A stretch of DNA of 64,000 bases. Origin: a virus. Lineage: Duplodnaviria > Caudoviricetes. The DNA lies in the IMG/VR virus record IMGVR_UViG_3300037067_004891, positions 357,674-421,673 of that record; one strand, 5' to 3'. A model generated the notes under the pieces. That model saw only the letters and a program-made list of their open reading frames with translations, was not told the DNA's origin and searched no databases. Below, piece after piece: positions 10,593 through 20,876 of the stretch. Position 1 is the first letter of the stretch. Each line of letters opens with the position of its first letter. The translations under genes were made by a program, and so were the position numbers.

Positions 10593-11065
10593 TGTTTGAA
10601 GCAGAAAAAAGGGCAGGTGATATAGCAGAAGAAAATTTTCGTAATTTATTTGAAAGTAAAGGGTATACTGTTAATAAAACAAATTTTCAAGATGATGTGT
10701 ATAATCATTTTGATTTTATAGTAGAAAAGGATGGAGTTGTTAAGAAATTTGAAGTAAAAGCAGCTAAAAAAGATGATAGAAATGATAATAAAGCATCATT
10801 TGAAATGACTTGGATAGAACTAAAAGGAATTAAAGGTTATTCAGGGTGGGTATATGGTCAGGCTGATTATTTTGCTTTTGAACAAAAAGAAGGTTTTATT
10901 ATATCAAAACGAAAAGATATAGTCGATTTAATTCTTCAAAAATTAGTCGATAATAATTTTGAAAGGGGAAAAGGAATGTATCAAATATATGGTAGAGAAG
11001 GTAGGGAAGATATTATAGTTAAAATTCTTTTCAAAGATTTAGAAAACAAACGTATTGTGAAATGA
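10592..11065 (+). CDS. PD-(D/E)XK nuclease-like protein
   Basis: AEE...HFDF...FEVKA pattern; WIEL...GWVYG.AD. Confidence 0.5.
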   Translation: MFEAEKRAGDIAEENFRNLFESKGYTVNKTNFQDDVYNHFDFIVEKDGVVKKFEVKAAKKDDRNDNKASFEMTWIELKGIKGYSGWVYGQADYFAFEQKEGFIISKRKDIVDLILQKLVDNNFERGKGMYQIYGREGREDIIVKILFKDLENKRIVK

Positions 11066-11865
11066 AAATATCAATAGTAACAGCATATTATAATCGAAAA
11101 AATCTATTTTATAATACATTGAGATCAATTGAAAGCTTAGTATCAAAAGATAGTGTTGAAATAATAGTTGTTGATGATGCTTCTCGTGAAGAAGAACGAA
11201 TCGAAAGTTTTGTTGATAAATTTGATTTAGATTTAAAAATCATAAGAATAGAACAAAAAGATAAGTGGTGGACAAATCCATGTATACCTTTTAACATTGG
11301 TTTTAAGAATGCTACTGGGGATGTTATAATTATTCAAAACCCAGAATGCATACATATGGGAAATATTATAAAATTTGTTGAAGAAAATATTCAAGATAAT
11401 GTTTATTTGAATTTCGGATGCTATTCTATTGATGAAAAGTTGACAAGAAAAATAACAAATTCTATTCAACCAGATTTTAATAAAGTTAAAGTAAATAATT
11501 TGATTTATCCAACCAACAATTGTAGTATTGTTGCAGATGGTGAAACAGCTTGGTATAATCACTCGAAATATAGACCACATCAATTACATTTTTGTTCAGC
11601 TATAACTAAAAATAATTTAGTAGAATTGGGCGGGTTTGATGAAAGGTACGCCGATGGTATTGGTTTTGATGATAATGAATTTCTTTTAAGAATAAAAAGA
11701 AAGAATATGTTGATTAAAATGATTGATAACCCATTTGTTCTACATCAATATCATTATTCGGGTACACCAATGAGTCAACAGAACCGTTTGTTATTTGGTA
11801 AGAATGGGAAATTATATTATAATATATCACAAAATGAAAAAAATATAAAAATACAAGATTTATAA
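11062..11865 (+). CDS. Glycosyltransferase family 2, paralog of 9106..9912
   Basis: ISIVTAYYNR, VVDDAS, QNPEC, GGFDERY...DDNE. Confidence 0.8.
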   Translation: MKISIVTAYYNRKNLFYNTLRSIESLVSKDSVEIIVVDDASREEERIESFVDKFDLDLKIIRIEQKDKWWTNPCIPFNIGFKNATGDVIIIQNPECIHMGNIIKFVEENIQDNVYLNFGCYSIDEKLTRKITNSIQPDFNKVKVNNLIYPTNNCSIVADGETAWYNHSKYRPHQLHFCSAITKNNLVELGGFDERYADGIGFDDNEFLLRIKRKNMLIKMIDNPFVLHQYHYSGTPMSQQNRLLFGKNGKLYYNISQNEKNIKIQDL

Positions 11866-12716
11866 TGATACCAAAACGTATATTTTTTTATTGGTCAGGT
11901 AGTAATCTATCGTGGATGCGTTATATGACACTATTTTCATTTAGAAAATATAATCCAACTTGGGAAATGATTCTTTATATCTCAGATAATGATAATGAGA
12001 AAAATTGGAAAGGTATTGAAGAACAAGATTTTTCTAATTATAAAGGTATTGATTATTTTGAAAAAGTGAAAGAATTAAATATTGAAGTCAAAAAAATAAA
12101 ATTACCAGATGAAATACAAAATAAGATTAAAAAATTATCACCAGTACATGAAAGTGATATATTCAGATATTATGAACTATACACTAATGGTGGAATATAT
12201 TCCGATATGGACGTTTTATACTTTAGGTCAATTGATGACTTATATAATTCATTAGAAGAAAAAAATATTGACACATTAATACATCAAGACACTGGTTATA
12301 TTACAATTGGATTTCTTGGTTCGGGTGTTGAAAATAAATTATTCAGTGATATTTTTAATAAAGCTATAAATCTTATTTCATATAATAATTATCAATCATT
12401 TGGTGTTGATTTGATATATAGTATGTTTGGTGGGAATCGTCAAAATCCATTAATTATTGACAAAATTAAAAAAATTTATCAATATTTGAATATTTTTAAT
12501 TTGAAAAATCAAACTGTTTACCAATTTGATTGGACAATGATAAATTATAATTTCAATAATGCCGTTGGTATCAATAGTTTTTCAAAAGATTCAATCGGAT
12601 ATCACTGGTTTGGCGGTAGTCCTATTTCTCAAAAATTTAATAATTTATTGAACGGAAGTAACTATCAAAATTATAAAATAACGTTTAGTGAAATTTGCAA
12701 AGAAATTTTAAAATAA
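11865..12716 (+). CDS. DXD glycosyltransferase (GT32-like)
   Basis: MIPKRIFFYW, SDIFRY..LY.NGGIYSDMD. Confidence 0.75.
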   Translation: MIPKRIFFYWSGSNLSWMRYMTLFSFRKYNPTWEMILYISDNDNEKNWKGIEEQDFSNYKGIDYFEKVKELNIEVKKIKLPDEIQNKIKKLSPVHESDIFRYYELYTNGGIYSDMDVLYFRSIDDLYNSLEEKNIDTLIHQDTGYITIGFLGSGVENKLFSDIFNKAINLISYNNYQSFGVDLIYSMFGGNRQNPLIIDKIKKIYQYLNIFNLKNQTVYQFDWTMINYNFNNAVGINSFSKDSIGYHWFGGSPISQKFNNLLNGSNYQNYKITFSEICKEILK

Positions 12717-12731
12717 AATCAAATCAAATCG

Positions 12732-13469
12732 ATGGATAACAAATTTATTATAATTATACCTGTATATAATGCTGAGATATATATTGAGAAATGTATGTTA
12801 TCTATTTTAAACCAAAATTATGATAATTTTGAAATCGGTGTGGTTGATGGTGGTTCAACGGACAACACATTTGAAATATTAAAAAAATTGAAAGAAAACT
12901 ATCAATTTGAACTTATTCAAAATGATGTGAATATTAGCTCACCATTATCCAATTATCTTTTGGGAGTAGATACATTTTCCAAGGATAAAGAAGATATATT
13001 GGTAACCGTAGATGGTGATGATTTTTTGGCACATAATGGCGTGTTATCACTTTTAAATGATGTCTATCAAGATGAAAATATATGGTTAACTTATGGTCAA
13101 TATGAACCTTTGAGTAGAACATATTTTAATTATTGCAGACCTATACCAGACACTCGAATTTATAGACGAAGTGGACAATGGTATGCTTCTCATCTTAGGA
13201 CTGTTAAGAAAAAACTATTAGATAAGGTAAAGAGAGAAGATATGATAAATGAAAATGGTATATATTATCGGTATGCATGTGACGCTGCTTATATGTTTCC
13301 TATTATAGAAATGTCTGGACAAAAACACATGAAATTCATAAAAGAAGTTTTGTATTATTACAATGATGTTACCCCGAACAATGCTATGAAAACTGATACT
13401 ATGATTTTATTAAAAACTGATAAAATCATTAGAGACAAACCAATTTACAATGAATTAACTGAATTATGA
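12732..13469 (+). CDS. Glycosyltransferase family 2
   Basis: IIIPVYNAEIYIEKC, VVDGGSTD, VDGDD. Confidence 0.85.
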   Translation: MDNKFIIIIPVYNAEIYIEKCMLSILNQNYDNFEIGVVDGGSTDNTFEILKKLKENYQFELIQNDVNISSPLSNYLLGVDTFSKDKEDILVTVDGDDFLAHNGVLSLLNDVYQDENIWLTYGQYEPLSRTYFNYCRPIPDTRIYRRSGQWYASHLRTVKKKLLDKVKREDMINENGIYYRYACDAAYMFPIIEMSGQKHMKFIKEVLYYYNDVTPNNAMKTDTMILLKTDKIIRDKPIYNELTEL

Positions 13470-14254
13470 ATATTGTAGTTTTCAGTAAAGATAGGGCAAT
13501 GCAATTAGAGTTGTTTATTAGAAGTTTTAATAAATACGTTAAGAATTCTTCTGAATATTTAATAAAAATATTATATACATGTTCGAACAATGAATTCAAA
13601 AATGGTTATGAGAAATTAATAGCGGAGTCTGAAGAAAATGTGTTATGGAAGAAAGAAGAAAATTTCAAAGTAGACCTAATAAATTTAATGAATAAATATG
13701 ATGCATACACAGTGTTTTTTGTTGATGATATAGTATTTAAAAATCCAATAGATTTTAATGACAATCAACAAAAAGTATTCGAACATGATACTGACATATT
13801 GTGTAGAAGTTTGAGATTACAACCAAATTTTAAATATTCTTATGCATCAAAAGATGCCATGACTAACCCAGATTATTTAGAACATAATGTTTATTTCTGG
13901 AAAGGTAAAAGTGGTGATTATGGTTATCCAATGTCTGTTGATGGTCATATTTATAGAACAAATCAAATATATCCATATGTGTTAAATTTACCTTATACAA
14001 ATCCTAATTCATTCGAAGGGAATATGGCAATAAGACCTCTTAATTTACCTAAAATGGTTTGTTATGATAAATCTATAATTGTAAATAATCCATGTAATAA
14101 AGTTCAAACAAATAATCCTAATTTTCATGGTAAAATTGATGCCAAATTTCTTAATAATAAATATTTGGATGGATATATAATTAGTTTAGAAAATTTTGAC
14201 GGCATTGAAAATTCAGCATGTCATCAAGAGATTGATTTAATTTTTAAAAAATAA
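13466..14254 (+). CDS. Putative GT-A fold glycosyltransferase
   Basis: VVFSKDRAMQL N-terminus, FFVDD motif and cluster context. Confidence 0.5.
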   Translation: MNIVVFSKDRAMQLELFIRSFNKYVKNSSEYLIKILYTCSNNEFKNGYEKLIAESEENVLWKKEENFKVDLINLMNKYDAYTVFFVDDIVFKNPIDFNDNQQKVFEHDTDILCRSLRLQPNFKYSYASKDAMTNPDYLEHNVYFWKGKSGDYGYPMSVDGHIYRTNQIYPYVLNLPYTNPNSFEGNMAIRPLNLPKMVCYDKSIIVNNPCNKVQTNNPNFHGKIDAKFLNNKYLDGYIISLENFDGIENSACHQEIDLIFKK

Positions 14255-14264
14255 AAATACTATC

Positions 14265-14882
14265 ATGTTACTCGATCTTGAAACTTTAATAAAAAAATAC
14301 AATCTAAATATAAAAGGAGTATTGCACATTGGCGCACATGTTGGTAGGGAAATTAATGCATATCGAAAAGCTAATATAAAAAATGTGATGTTTTTTGAAC
14401 CACTTCCTCATACATTTGAAAAATTAAAACAATATGTTGGTGAAAACGGTGCAATATTTATAAATAAGGCTCTTGGTAATAAGACAGGAAAAGCTGAGAT
14501 GTATGTAGAATATAATAATGAAAGTCAGTCATCTTCTATATTAGAACCAGCATTACATGTAAAACAATATCCAAATATAATATTTAATGATAAAATTGAG
14601 GTTGAAATAGATAAATTGGATAATATCCCATATTTGAGAAACGATTATAATTTTATAAATATAGACGTTCAGGGGTATGAATTAGAAGTTTTTAAAGGTG
14701 CGCCAAAATCATTGTATACAATAGATTATATAATGACTGAAATTAATAGAGCAGATTTATATAAAGATTGTGTTTTAGAAGAAGAACTGGATAATTTTTT
14801 ATTTGAATTTGGGTTCATAAGAGTTGAAACTTATTGGGCTGGTGTAACTTGGGGTGATGCTCTTTATATAAAAATTAAATAA
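14265..14882 (+). CDS. FkbM-family methyltransferase
   Basis: LHIGAHVG, FFEP, INIDVQGYELEVFKG, WGDALY. Confidence 0.85.
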   Translation: MLLDLETLIKKYNLNIKGVLHIGAHVGREINAYRKANIKNVMFFEPLPHTFEKLKQYVGENGAIFINKALGNKTGKAEMYVEYNNESQSSSILEPALHVKQYPNIIFNDKIEVEIDKLDNIPYLRNDYNFINIDVQGYELEVFKGAPKSLYTIDYIMTEINRADLYKDCVLEEELDNFLFEFGFIRVETYWAGVTWGDALYIKIK

Positions 14883-14886
14883 TCAC

Positions 14887-15612
14887 ATGGTTGATAATGA
14901 AAAACTTGTGTTTTTAAAAGAATTATATAGTAAAAACTATATAAATAAAGAAAATAAAGAACCAAAAATACCTAAAATAATACACCAAGTATGGTTGGGT
15001 AGTAAATTACCAGATAAATATAATTTTTATATCGATACAATTAAAAAAGTTAACCCAGAATGGGAATATAAATTATGGACTGATGATGATGTTGAGGGGT
15101 TTGGTTTAAAGAATATAGATTTATTTAATAATATAAAGAACTTTGGGTCTAAAAGTGATATTTTTAGATATGAGATTCTGGAAAGATTTGGCGGTGTGTA
15201 TATGGATACAGATTTTTATGGCGTTAAATCATTCAATGAATTGTTGTATTTAGATTTTTTTGCAGGTAATGGTGGGTTGACTATTTCAGAGGTTTATAAT
15301 GGGTTATTTGGTACAGCACTCAATGGTAAAATTATTACCAAAGTTGTTAATAATTTATTAAACCTACAAAATTTTAAAGATGATATTAATGGTGTAATGA
15401 AAAACACTGGCCCATATTTTTTTACTGATCAGTTTTATAATAATGTTGATATAAATGACAATGTTGTTATATTTTCTGGTGATTTCTTTTATCCATTTCC
15501 TTCTTCAATGAGATATATACAACAGGATATTAATTATAACGATATTATAAATAGTTACAATACTGAAAATACAATTTGTGTGCATATGTGGCATACAAGC
15601 TGGCAAAATTAA
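14887..15612 (+). CDS. DXD glycosyltransferase (GT32/OCH1-like)
   Basis: IPKIIHQVWLG, SDIFRYEIL..FGGVYMDTD, TGP, HMWHTSW. Confidence 0.85.
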   Translation: MVDNEKLVFLKELYSKNYINKENKEPKIPKIIHQVWLGSKLPDKYNFYIDTIKKVNPEWEYKLWTDDDVEGFGLKNIDLFNNIKNFGSKSDIFRYEILERFGGVYMDTDFYGVKSFNELLYLDFFAGNGGLTISEVYNGLFGTALNGKIITKVVNNLLNLQNFKDDINGVMKNTGPYFFTDQFYNNVDINDNVVIFSGDFFYPFPSSMRYIQQDINYNDIINSYNTENTICVHMWHTSWQN

Positions 15613-15621
15613 TAATGTAAT

Positions 15622-16449
15622 ATGGACTTTATATCTGGTGAAAAATTTATAAAACTTGCTGATTACGTTTTTAATAAACCATTAGGTGATCATGCTGATT
15701 ATTATAAACTACAAAACACTTTCGATTTAAATGTTATTAACAAATCGATAAATACTCCTATCATATATTCTCCAACATACTTGGTCGAATATTTGTTTTT
15801 AGAATTAAAAAATTGTGATAGAGATATTATTTTAATAACACATAATTCTGATCTTGATGTAAGTGAATCATTATTTTTAAAAAAACCACAATGTGTTAAA
15901 AAATGGTATTCACAAAATGTTAATTATAAAAATAAAAATATTTTTTCAATTCCAATCGGTTTAGAAAACAGTATATGGTATACGCAAATCAATAAGACAT
16001 ATAAAATTCAGGAAAAAATAAAACAAGAAAAATTTATTAAAAATTTGGTTTATATGAACCATAATATAAATACGAATGTTAGCAAAAGAAAAAAACCATA
16101 TGATGTTTTAGAATCTAAATCTTGGGTCAATACCAGATATGGACTGAATGGACATGATTTTGATGATTATTTAGATAATATTTATAATCACAAATTTGTC
16201 ATTTGCCCAGAAGGTAATGGTATAGATACTCATAGAACTTGGGAATGTTTATATGTAAATACGATACCTATTGAAAAACGAAATATAAATAATCAATTTT
16301 ATACTGATTTACCTATATGTTTTGTTGATGATTGGGAAGAAATAACAGAAACTTTTTTAGAAAATGAATATATACGAATTACTAATACCAAATGGAATAT
16401 TGAAAAATTGAATTTTGAGTATTGGCAGAAAAAAATATTGTATTTATGA
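15622..16449 (+). CDS. Exostosin/GT47-like glycosyltransferase
   Basis: THNSD, IPIGLEN, FVICPEGNGIDTHRTWECLY..IPI. Confidence 0.6.
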   Translation: MDFISGEKFIKLADYVFNKPLGDHADYYKLQNTFDLNVINKSINTPIIYSPTYLVEYLFLELKNCDRDIILITHNSDLDVSESLFLKKPQCVKKWYSQNVNYKNKNIFSIPIGLENSIWYTQINKTYKIQEKIKQEKFIKNLVYMNHNINTNVSKRKKPYDVLESKSWVNTRYGLNGHDFDDYLDNIYNHKFVICPEGNGIDTHRTWECLYVNTIPIEKRNINNQFYTDLPICFVDDWEEITETFLENEYIRITNTKWNIEKLNFEYWQKKILYL

Positions 16450-17297
16450 ATGTCGGTATAATTATAGATTTTAGTTATGATTTGACACATGTTTCTTTTA
16501 ATAATTATTATTATGCAGTTAAAAACATATTCGATGATGTTAAAATTATTAAAAATGAAAAAGATTTAGATGGTATAGATATATTATTTATAGGAAATGA
16601 TCATTTAGAATCACATAGAAGGATATGGGAAAATGATTTATTTATAAATACGTGTAATATTAAAAATATTAAAATTTTCGTATTTACAGCCGAAACAATA
16701 ATAAGTAGTTGGTATCCTTGGAATATTGGAATTCAAAAAAATTTAGAAAAATTTAATAATCTTTATCAATATGTTATAGATGTTGACGATTCAATAAAAC
16801 TCCACAAAAAAATGATGAGAGGATTGATGTCTAAACATTATGAAAATATAATAAATATTCCTAAACAAAAAAAAGACAAATGTTTATTTCTTGGTCAGAT
16901 TTATCCTGAAAGACAAATACTTTTAGATAAATTAAAAACTGTAATGAATATAGACATTATTTCTTCACCACCTCCAAGATTAAATAAATGGATTGACTAC
17001 ATAACTATCTTATCAAAATATCGTTTTGTATTATCGCCATTATCTACTTGTGGTAATTCGTTTCCACTTAAATTTTATGAAACACTGTTAGTTAACTCAA
17101 TACCCATTCACCAAGTCAAACAAAATACTTTAGAATATTATATAACAGAAGCTAAATATGATGATTGTATATATTTCGAAAATATTGATGAATTGTTACA
17201 TAAATTATCACATTTTAATTTAAATGTGAGTTATAATAAACCTTGGTTGGAAGATCATATAAAAAATATTTTATTAGAAAATGAAATATTTTATTAA
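16446..17297 (+). CDS. Putative GT-B glycosyltransferase
   Basis: FLGQIYPER, Y...LSKYRFVLSP, KFYETL...IPI. Start chosen at the ATG overlapping the upstream stop. Confidence 0.5.
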   Translation: MNVGIIIDFSYDLTHVSFNNYYYAVKNIFDDVKIIKNEKDLDGIDILFIGNDHLESHRRIWENDLFINTCNIKNIKIFVFTAETIISSWYPWNIGIQKNLEKFNNLYQYVIDVDDSIKLHKKMMRGLMSKHYENIINIPKQKKDKCLFLGQIYPERQILLDKLKTVMNIDIISSPPPRLNKWIDYITILSKYRFVLSPLSTCGNSFPLKFYETLLVNSIPIHQVKQNTLEYYITEAKYDDCIYFENIDELLHKLSHFNLNVSYNKPWLEDHIKNILLENEIFY

Positions 17298-17336
17298 TAA
17301 AATGATTAAACCCAATTTTTGTTTATATATAAATAT

Positions 17337-18071
17337 ATGAATGATATAATTAAAAAAATAATTACAACTTCTTATTTATGTAAAGAAGGACACATTGCAA
17401 GTTCACTCTCTGTATTAGATATACTTTTTGTTCTTTATAAAGATATTTTAAAATTGGAATCTGAAGATAGAGATAGACTTATTTTAAGTAAAGGACACGC
17501 ATCACTTGGATTATATGCCGTACTTGATCATTTTAATTTACTTGAAGAAAACTTATCTAATTTTGGTAAATTTAATTCTAAATTGGGTGGACATCCATCT
17601 GATAAAACAAAATTTGTTGAAGCTTCGACAGGTTCTTTAGGTCATGGGTTGGCAATTGGTGTTGGATTGGCGATGGGATACAAAATTTTAAATTATATAA
17701 ATAATATTTATGTAATCATAGGTGATGGTGAATCTAATGAAGGAACTATTTGGGAATCTGCACTTTTAGCATCGCATCATAAATTGAACAATTTATATTG
17801 TATTATGGATTTTAATAGATCAAATGATAGAGCTATTAAAATAGATAATGTAATGAGAAAATTCGATTCATTCAATTGGGATTGTATTGAGATAAATGGA
17901 CATAATTATGATGAGATAAAAATGTCTTTACAATCGATTTCACAAAAACCCACGTTTATTTTAGCAAATACTATAAAAGGAAAAGGAGTTAAAATGATGG
18001 AAAATAACCCAGAATGGCATCACAGATTTCCAAATGAAGATGAATATAATAACATATTGTTTGATTTATGA
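17337..18071 (+). CDS. Transketolase-like protein, N-terminal (ThDP-binding) subunit
   Basis: GHIASSLS, ILSKGHA, STGSLGHG, GDGESNEG, TIKGKG, WHH. Confidence 0.9.
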   Translation: MNDIIKKIITTSYLCKEGHIASSLSVLDILFVLYKDILKLESEDRDRLILSKGHASLGLYAVLDHFNLLEENLSNFGKFNSKLGGHPSDKTKFVEASTGSLGHGLAIGVGLAMGYKILNYINNIYVIIGDGESNEGTIWESALLASHHKLNNLYCIMDFNRSNDRAIKIDNVMRKFDSFNWDCIEINGHNYDEIKMSLQSISQKPTFILANTIKGKGVKMMENNPEWHHRFPNEDEYNNILFDL

Positions 18072-18946
18072 GAAAGCAATTAATAAAATCTGTTGAAAAT
18101 TTATTAGATATTAATCCAAAAACGGTTCTTCTACTTGGTGATATAGGTGTTTTTGGATTTAGAAATTCTTTCAAAAAATATCCAAATAGAGTGTATAATA
18201 TTGGAATTTTGGAACAATCTACAATTGGATTAGCAGCAGGTTTATCTAAAATTGGATTAATACCTTTTGTTCATACGATTTCGCCATTTATTGTTGAACG
18301 TGCATTAGAACAACTTAAAATAGATTTTGGTTATCAAAATCTAAATGGCAATTTTTTGGGAATAGGGGCTTCTTATGATTATTCAGCGTTGGGGGCAACA
18401 CATCATTGTCCAAGTGATATTTCTATATTACAGAACATACCAAATATGCAAATTATAATACCTGGTAGTTCATCAGAACTTGATTATCTTTTAAATTCTA
18501 ATTATAATAATGGACAACCTACTTATTATAAATTAGCAGAATACGAAAATATTAATCAGGTGAATGTAATGGTAGATAAAGCTTCAATAATTAAAACTGG
18601 AAAGTTGGCTACTGTTATTTGTTTCGGTAATATGTTGGATTCGGTATTAGAGTCAACTAAAGATTTAGATGTAACAGTTTTATATTATACTACAATAAAA
18701 CCATTCGATAATAAAATTTTATATGATAATTTTAATGAAAAAATAATTTTAATTGAACAATTTTATGAGGGTAGTATGAATTATCAAATTAATAAATCAT
18801 TGATTGATAAAAAATATTCTATATATAATATTGGAATTCGTCATGAATTTTTAGATAAAAATGGTTCTAAACAAGATATAGATAATTATTTAGGAATGGA
18901 TACACAATCCATAAAAGAAAAAATACATCAAATATGTATAAAATAA
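18068..18946 (+). CDS. Transketolase-like protein, C-terminal subunit
   Basis: NIGILEQ..IGLAAGL, ERALEQ, GATHH, TIKPFD. Confidence 0.9.
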   Translation: MRKQLIKSVENLLDINPKTVLLLGDIGVFGFRNSFKKYPNRVYNIGILEQSTIGLAAGLSKIGLIPFVHTISPFIVERALEQLKIDFGYQNLNGNFLGIGASYDYSALGATHHCPSDISILQNIPNMQIIIPGSSSELDYLLNSNYNNGQPTYYKLAEYENINQVNVMVDKASIIKTGKLATVICFGNMLDSVLESTKDLDVTVLYYTTIKPFDNKILYDNFNEKIILIEQFYEGSMNYQINKSLIDKKYSIYNIGIRHEFLDKNGSKQDIDNYLGMDTQSIKEKIHQICIK

Positions 18947-19956
18947 TAGAACAAGACGTAGAGGACATCATTAATAAAATTAATTTTACTCAATTAGAAA
19001 ATAAATCGATATTAATAACTGGAGCATCTGGTATAATAGGAGTTTATTTGATGTCTTGTTTGAAAAGACTTTATAAAAATTTAAATATTAAAGTATATGC
19101 TTGGACTAAATCAGAAATAGATGAAAACCTTTCTTCCCTTTTTGATTTTGATCTTACTATAATTAATGAAGATATAACTGATATAATAAATTATAAGGAA
19201 ACATTACCATTATTTGATTTTATAATTCATGCAGCAGGTTATGGACAACCTGGTAAGTTTCTTGAAAATAAAATAAAAACAATTGAAATTAACACTTCTG
19301 TAACCATTGAACTTATAAAATTGTTAAAACCTGACGGGAAATTTTTATTTATAAGTACGAGTGAATTATATAGTGGGTTAGACAGTGATTTTATTAAAGA
19401 AGAAGAAATTGGTAACACTAAAACTAACCATCCTCGTGCTTCTTATATAGAAGGAAAAAGATGTGGAGAAGCTATATGTCATTCTTTTATATCTGAAGGA
19501 AAAAATATAAAAATAGCTCGTCTATGTCTGGCTTACGGTGCTGGGACAAAGAAGAATGATAATAGAGTACTGAATTCTTTAATACAAAAAGCAATTCAAA
19601 ATGATAAAATCCAACTAATGGATTCTGGGAATGCAATACGAACATATTGTTATATCGCTGATGTGATTGAAATGTTTTGGAATATTTTATTTTTTGGAAA
19701 ACACACTACTTATAATGTTGGGGGTGTATCAAAAATTTCTATTTTAGAAATGGCTGAAATGATAGGTAGAATTTTTGATAAAGATGTTGTTATTCCACTA
19801 AATGATAATAATGAATTAGAAGGTAGTCCAAAAATAGTTAATATTAGTATTCAAAAATATCTGGACGAATTTAAAAAAAATGTTTCCGATTTCATACCAT
19901 TTAGTTTAGGTTTACAGAGGACGATTCAGTGGCAAAAATTTATTTATAAAAAATGA
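18934..19956 (+). CDS. NAD-dependent epimerase/dehydratase (UDP-glucuronate decarboxylase-like)
   Basis: ILITGASGIIG, HAAGYG, STSELY, YIEGKR (YxxxK), RTYCYIAD. Confidence 0.8.
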   Translation: MYKIIEQDVEDIINKINFTQLENKSILITGASGIIGVYLMSCLKRLYKNLNIKVYAWTKSEIDENLSSLFDFDLTIINEDITDIINYKETLPLFDFIIHAAGYGQPGKFLENKIKTIEINTSVTIELIKLLKPDGKFLFISTSELYSGLDSDFIKEEEIGNTKTNHPRASYIEGKRCGEAICHSFISEGKNIKIARLCLAYGAGTKKNDNRVLNSLIQKAIQNDKIQLMDSGNAIRTYCYIADVIEMFWNILFFGKHTTYNVGGVSKISILEMAEMIGRIFDKDVVIPLNDNNELEGSPKIVNISIQKYLDEFKKNVSDFIPFSLGLQRTIQWQKFIYKK

Positions 19957-20876
19957 ACAAAATAGAACCATTTCATATCGAAAATATTTTAGGATTTAAA
20001 TTGAATCCAAGCCACAATCAACAAATTATAGATTTAAATTTAGTATATGATGAAATGTCTAAATTTGAAAGAGATGAATATTTATTATCAGTTATTGATG
20101 TACTCAATAAGGATATTACTTGTAGTGGTGAACACAGAATTAATGAATGGGAAAACGGATGGAGTGAAAATCTTCAAAATTTTAAAAAATTAAAAGATAT
20201 TAAATATTTAATACCAAAATATCATGGTAAATATAATATTGCACGATGGATGGGGGATGTTGTTACATCAGAAATATCAGATTTTGATTATAAAATCCAT
20301 ATTTGTATGGTTGATGCAATCCTACAACATTACTTAAAAGATTGTAAGAATATATATGAATTCGGATGTGGGTCAGCTTATCATTTAATTAGGTTAAATA
20401 ATTTTAATAGTGATTTTATATTACACGGTTCAGATTGGGCGCACACATCCCAAAAAATTATTAAAGAAATAAATGATATATTGGACATTAATATTAATAT
20501 GTTCAATTTTAATTTTTTTAATCCCGATTTTAATATAAATTTAGGAGAAAATAGTGGCATTTATACTATCGCAGCATTAGAACAAGTTGGCGAAAATTTC
20601 AAAGCTTTCGTTGATTATTTATTGAATAAAAAACCAAGTATATGTATTCATCTTGAACCTATTGATGAATTATTAGACGAAAATAAATTAATTGATAAAT
20701 TATCAATTATGTATTTTAGAAAACGGAATTATTTGAAAGGTTTCTTGCCTTATTTAGAAGAATTAGAAAGAGAAGATAAGATAGAAATAATTAAAAAACA
20801 AAGAATATTTACTGGAAGTTATTTTATTGAAGGACATTCTTTGATAGTTTGGAGAATTAAAAATGAAAACACTTAG
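19953..20876 (+). CDS. Class I SAM-dependent methyltransferase
   Basis: YEFGCGSAYHL motif I, GSDW, ALEQ. Confidence 0.65.
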   Translation: MNKIEPFHIENILGFKLNPSHNQQIIDLNLVYDEMSKFERDEYLLSVIDVLNKDITCSGEHRINEWENGWSENLQNFKKLKDIKYLIPKYHGKYNIARWMGDVVTSEISDFDYKIHICMVDAILQHYLKDCKNIYEFGCGSAYHLIRLNNFNSDFILHGSDWAHTSQKIIKEINDILDININMFNFNFFNPDFNINLGENSGIYTIAALEQVGENFKAFVDYLLNKKPSICIHLEPIDELLDENKLIDKLSIMYFRKRNYLKGFLPYLEELEREDKIEIIKKQRIFTGSYFIEGHSLIVWRIKNENT

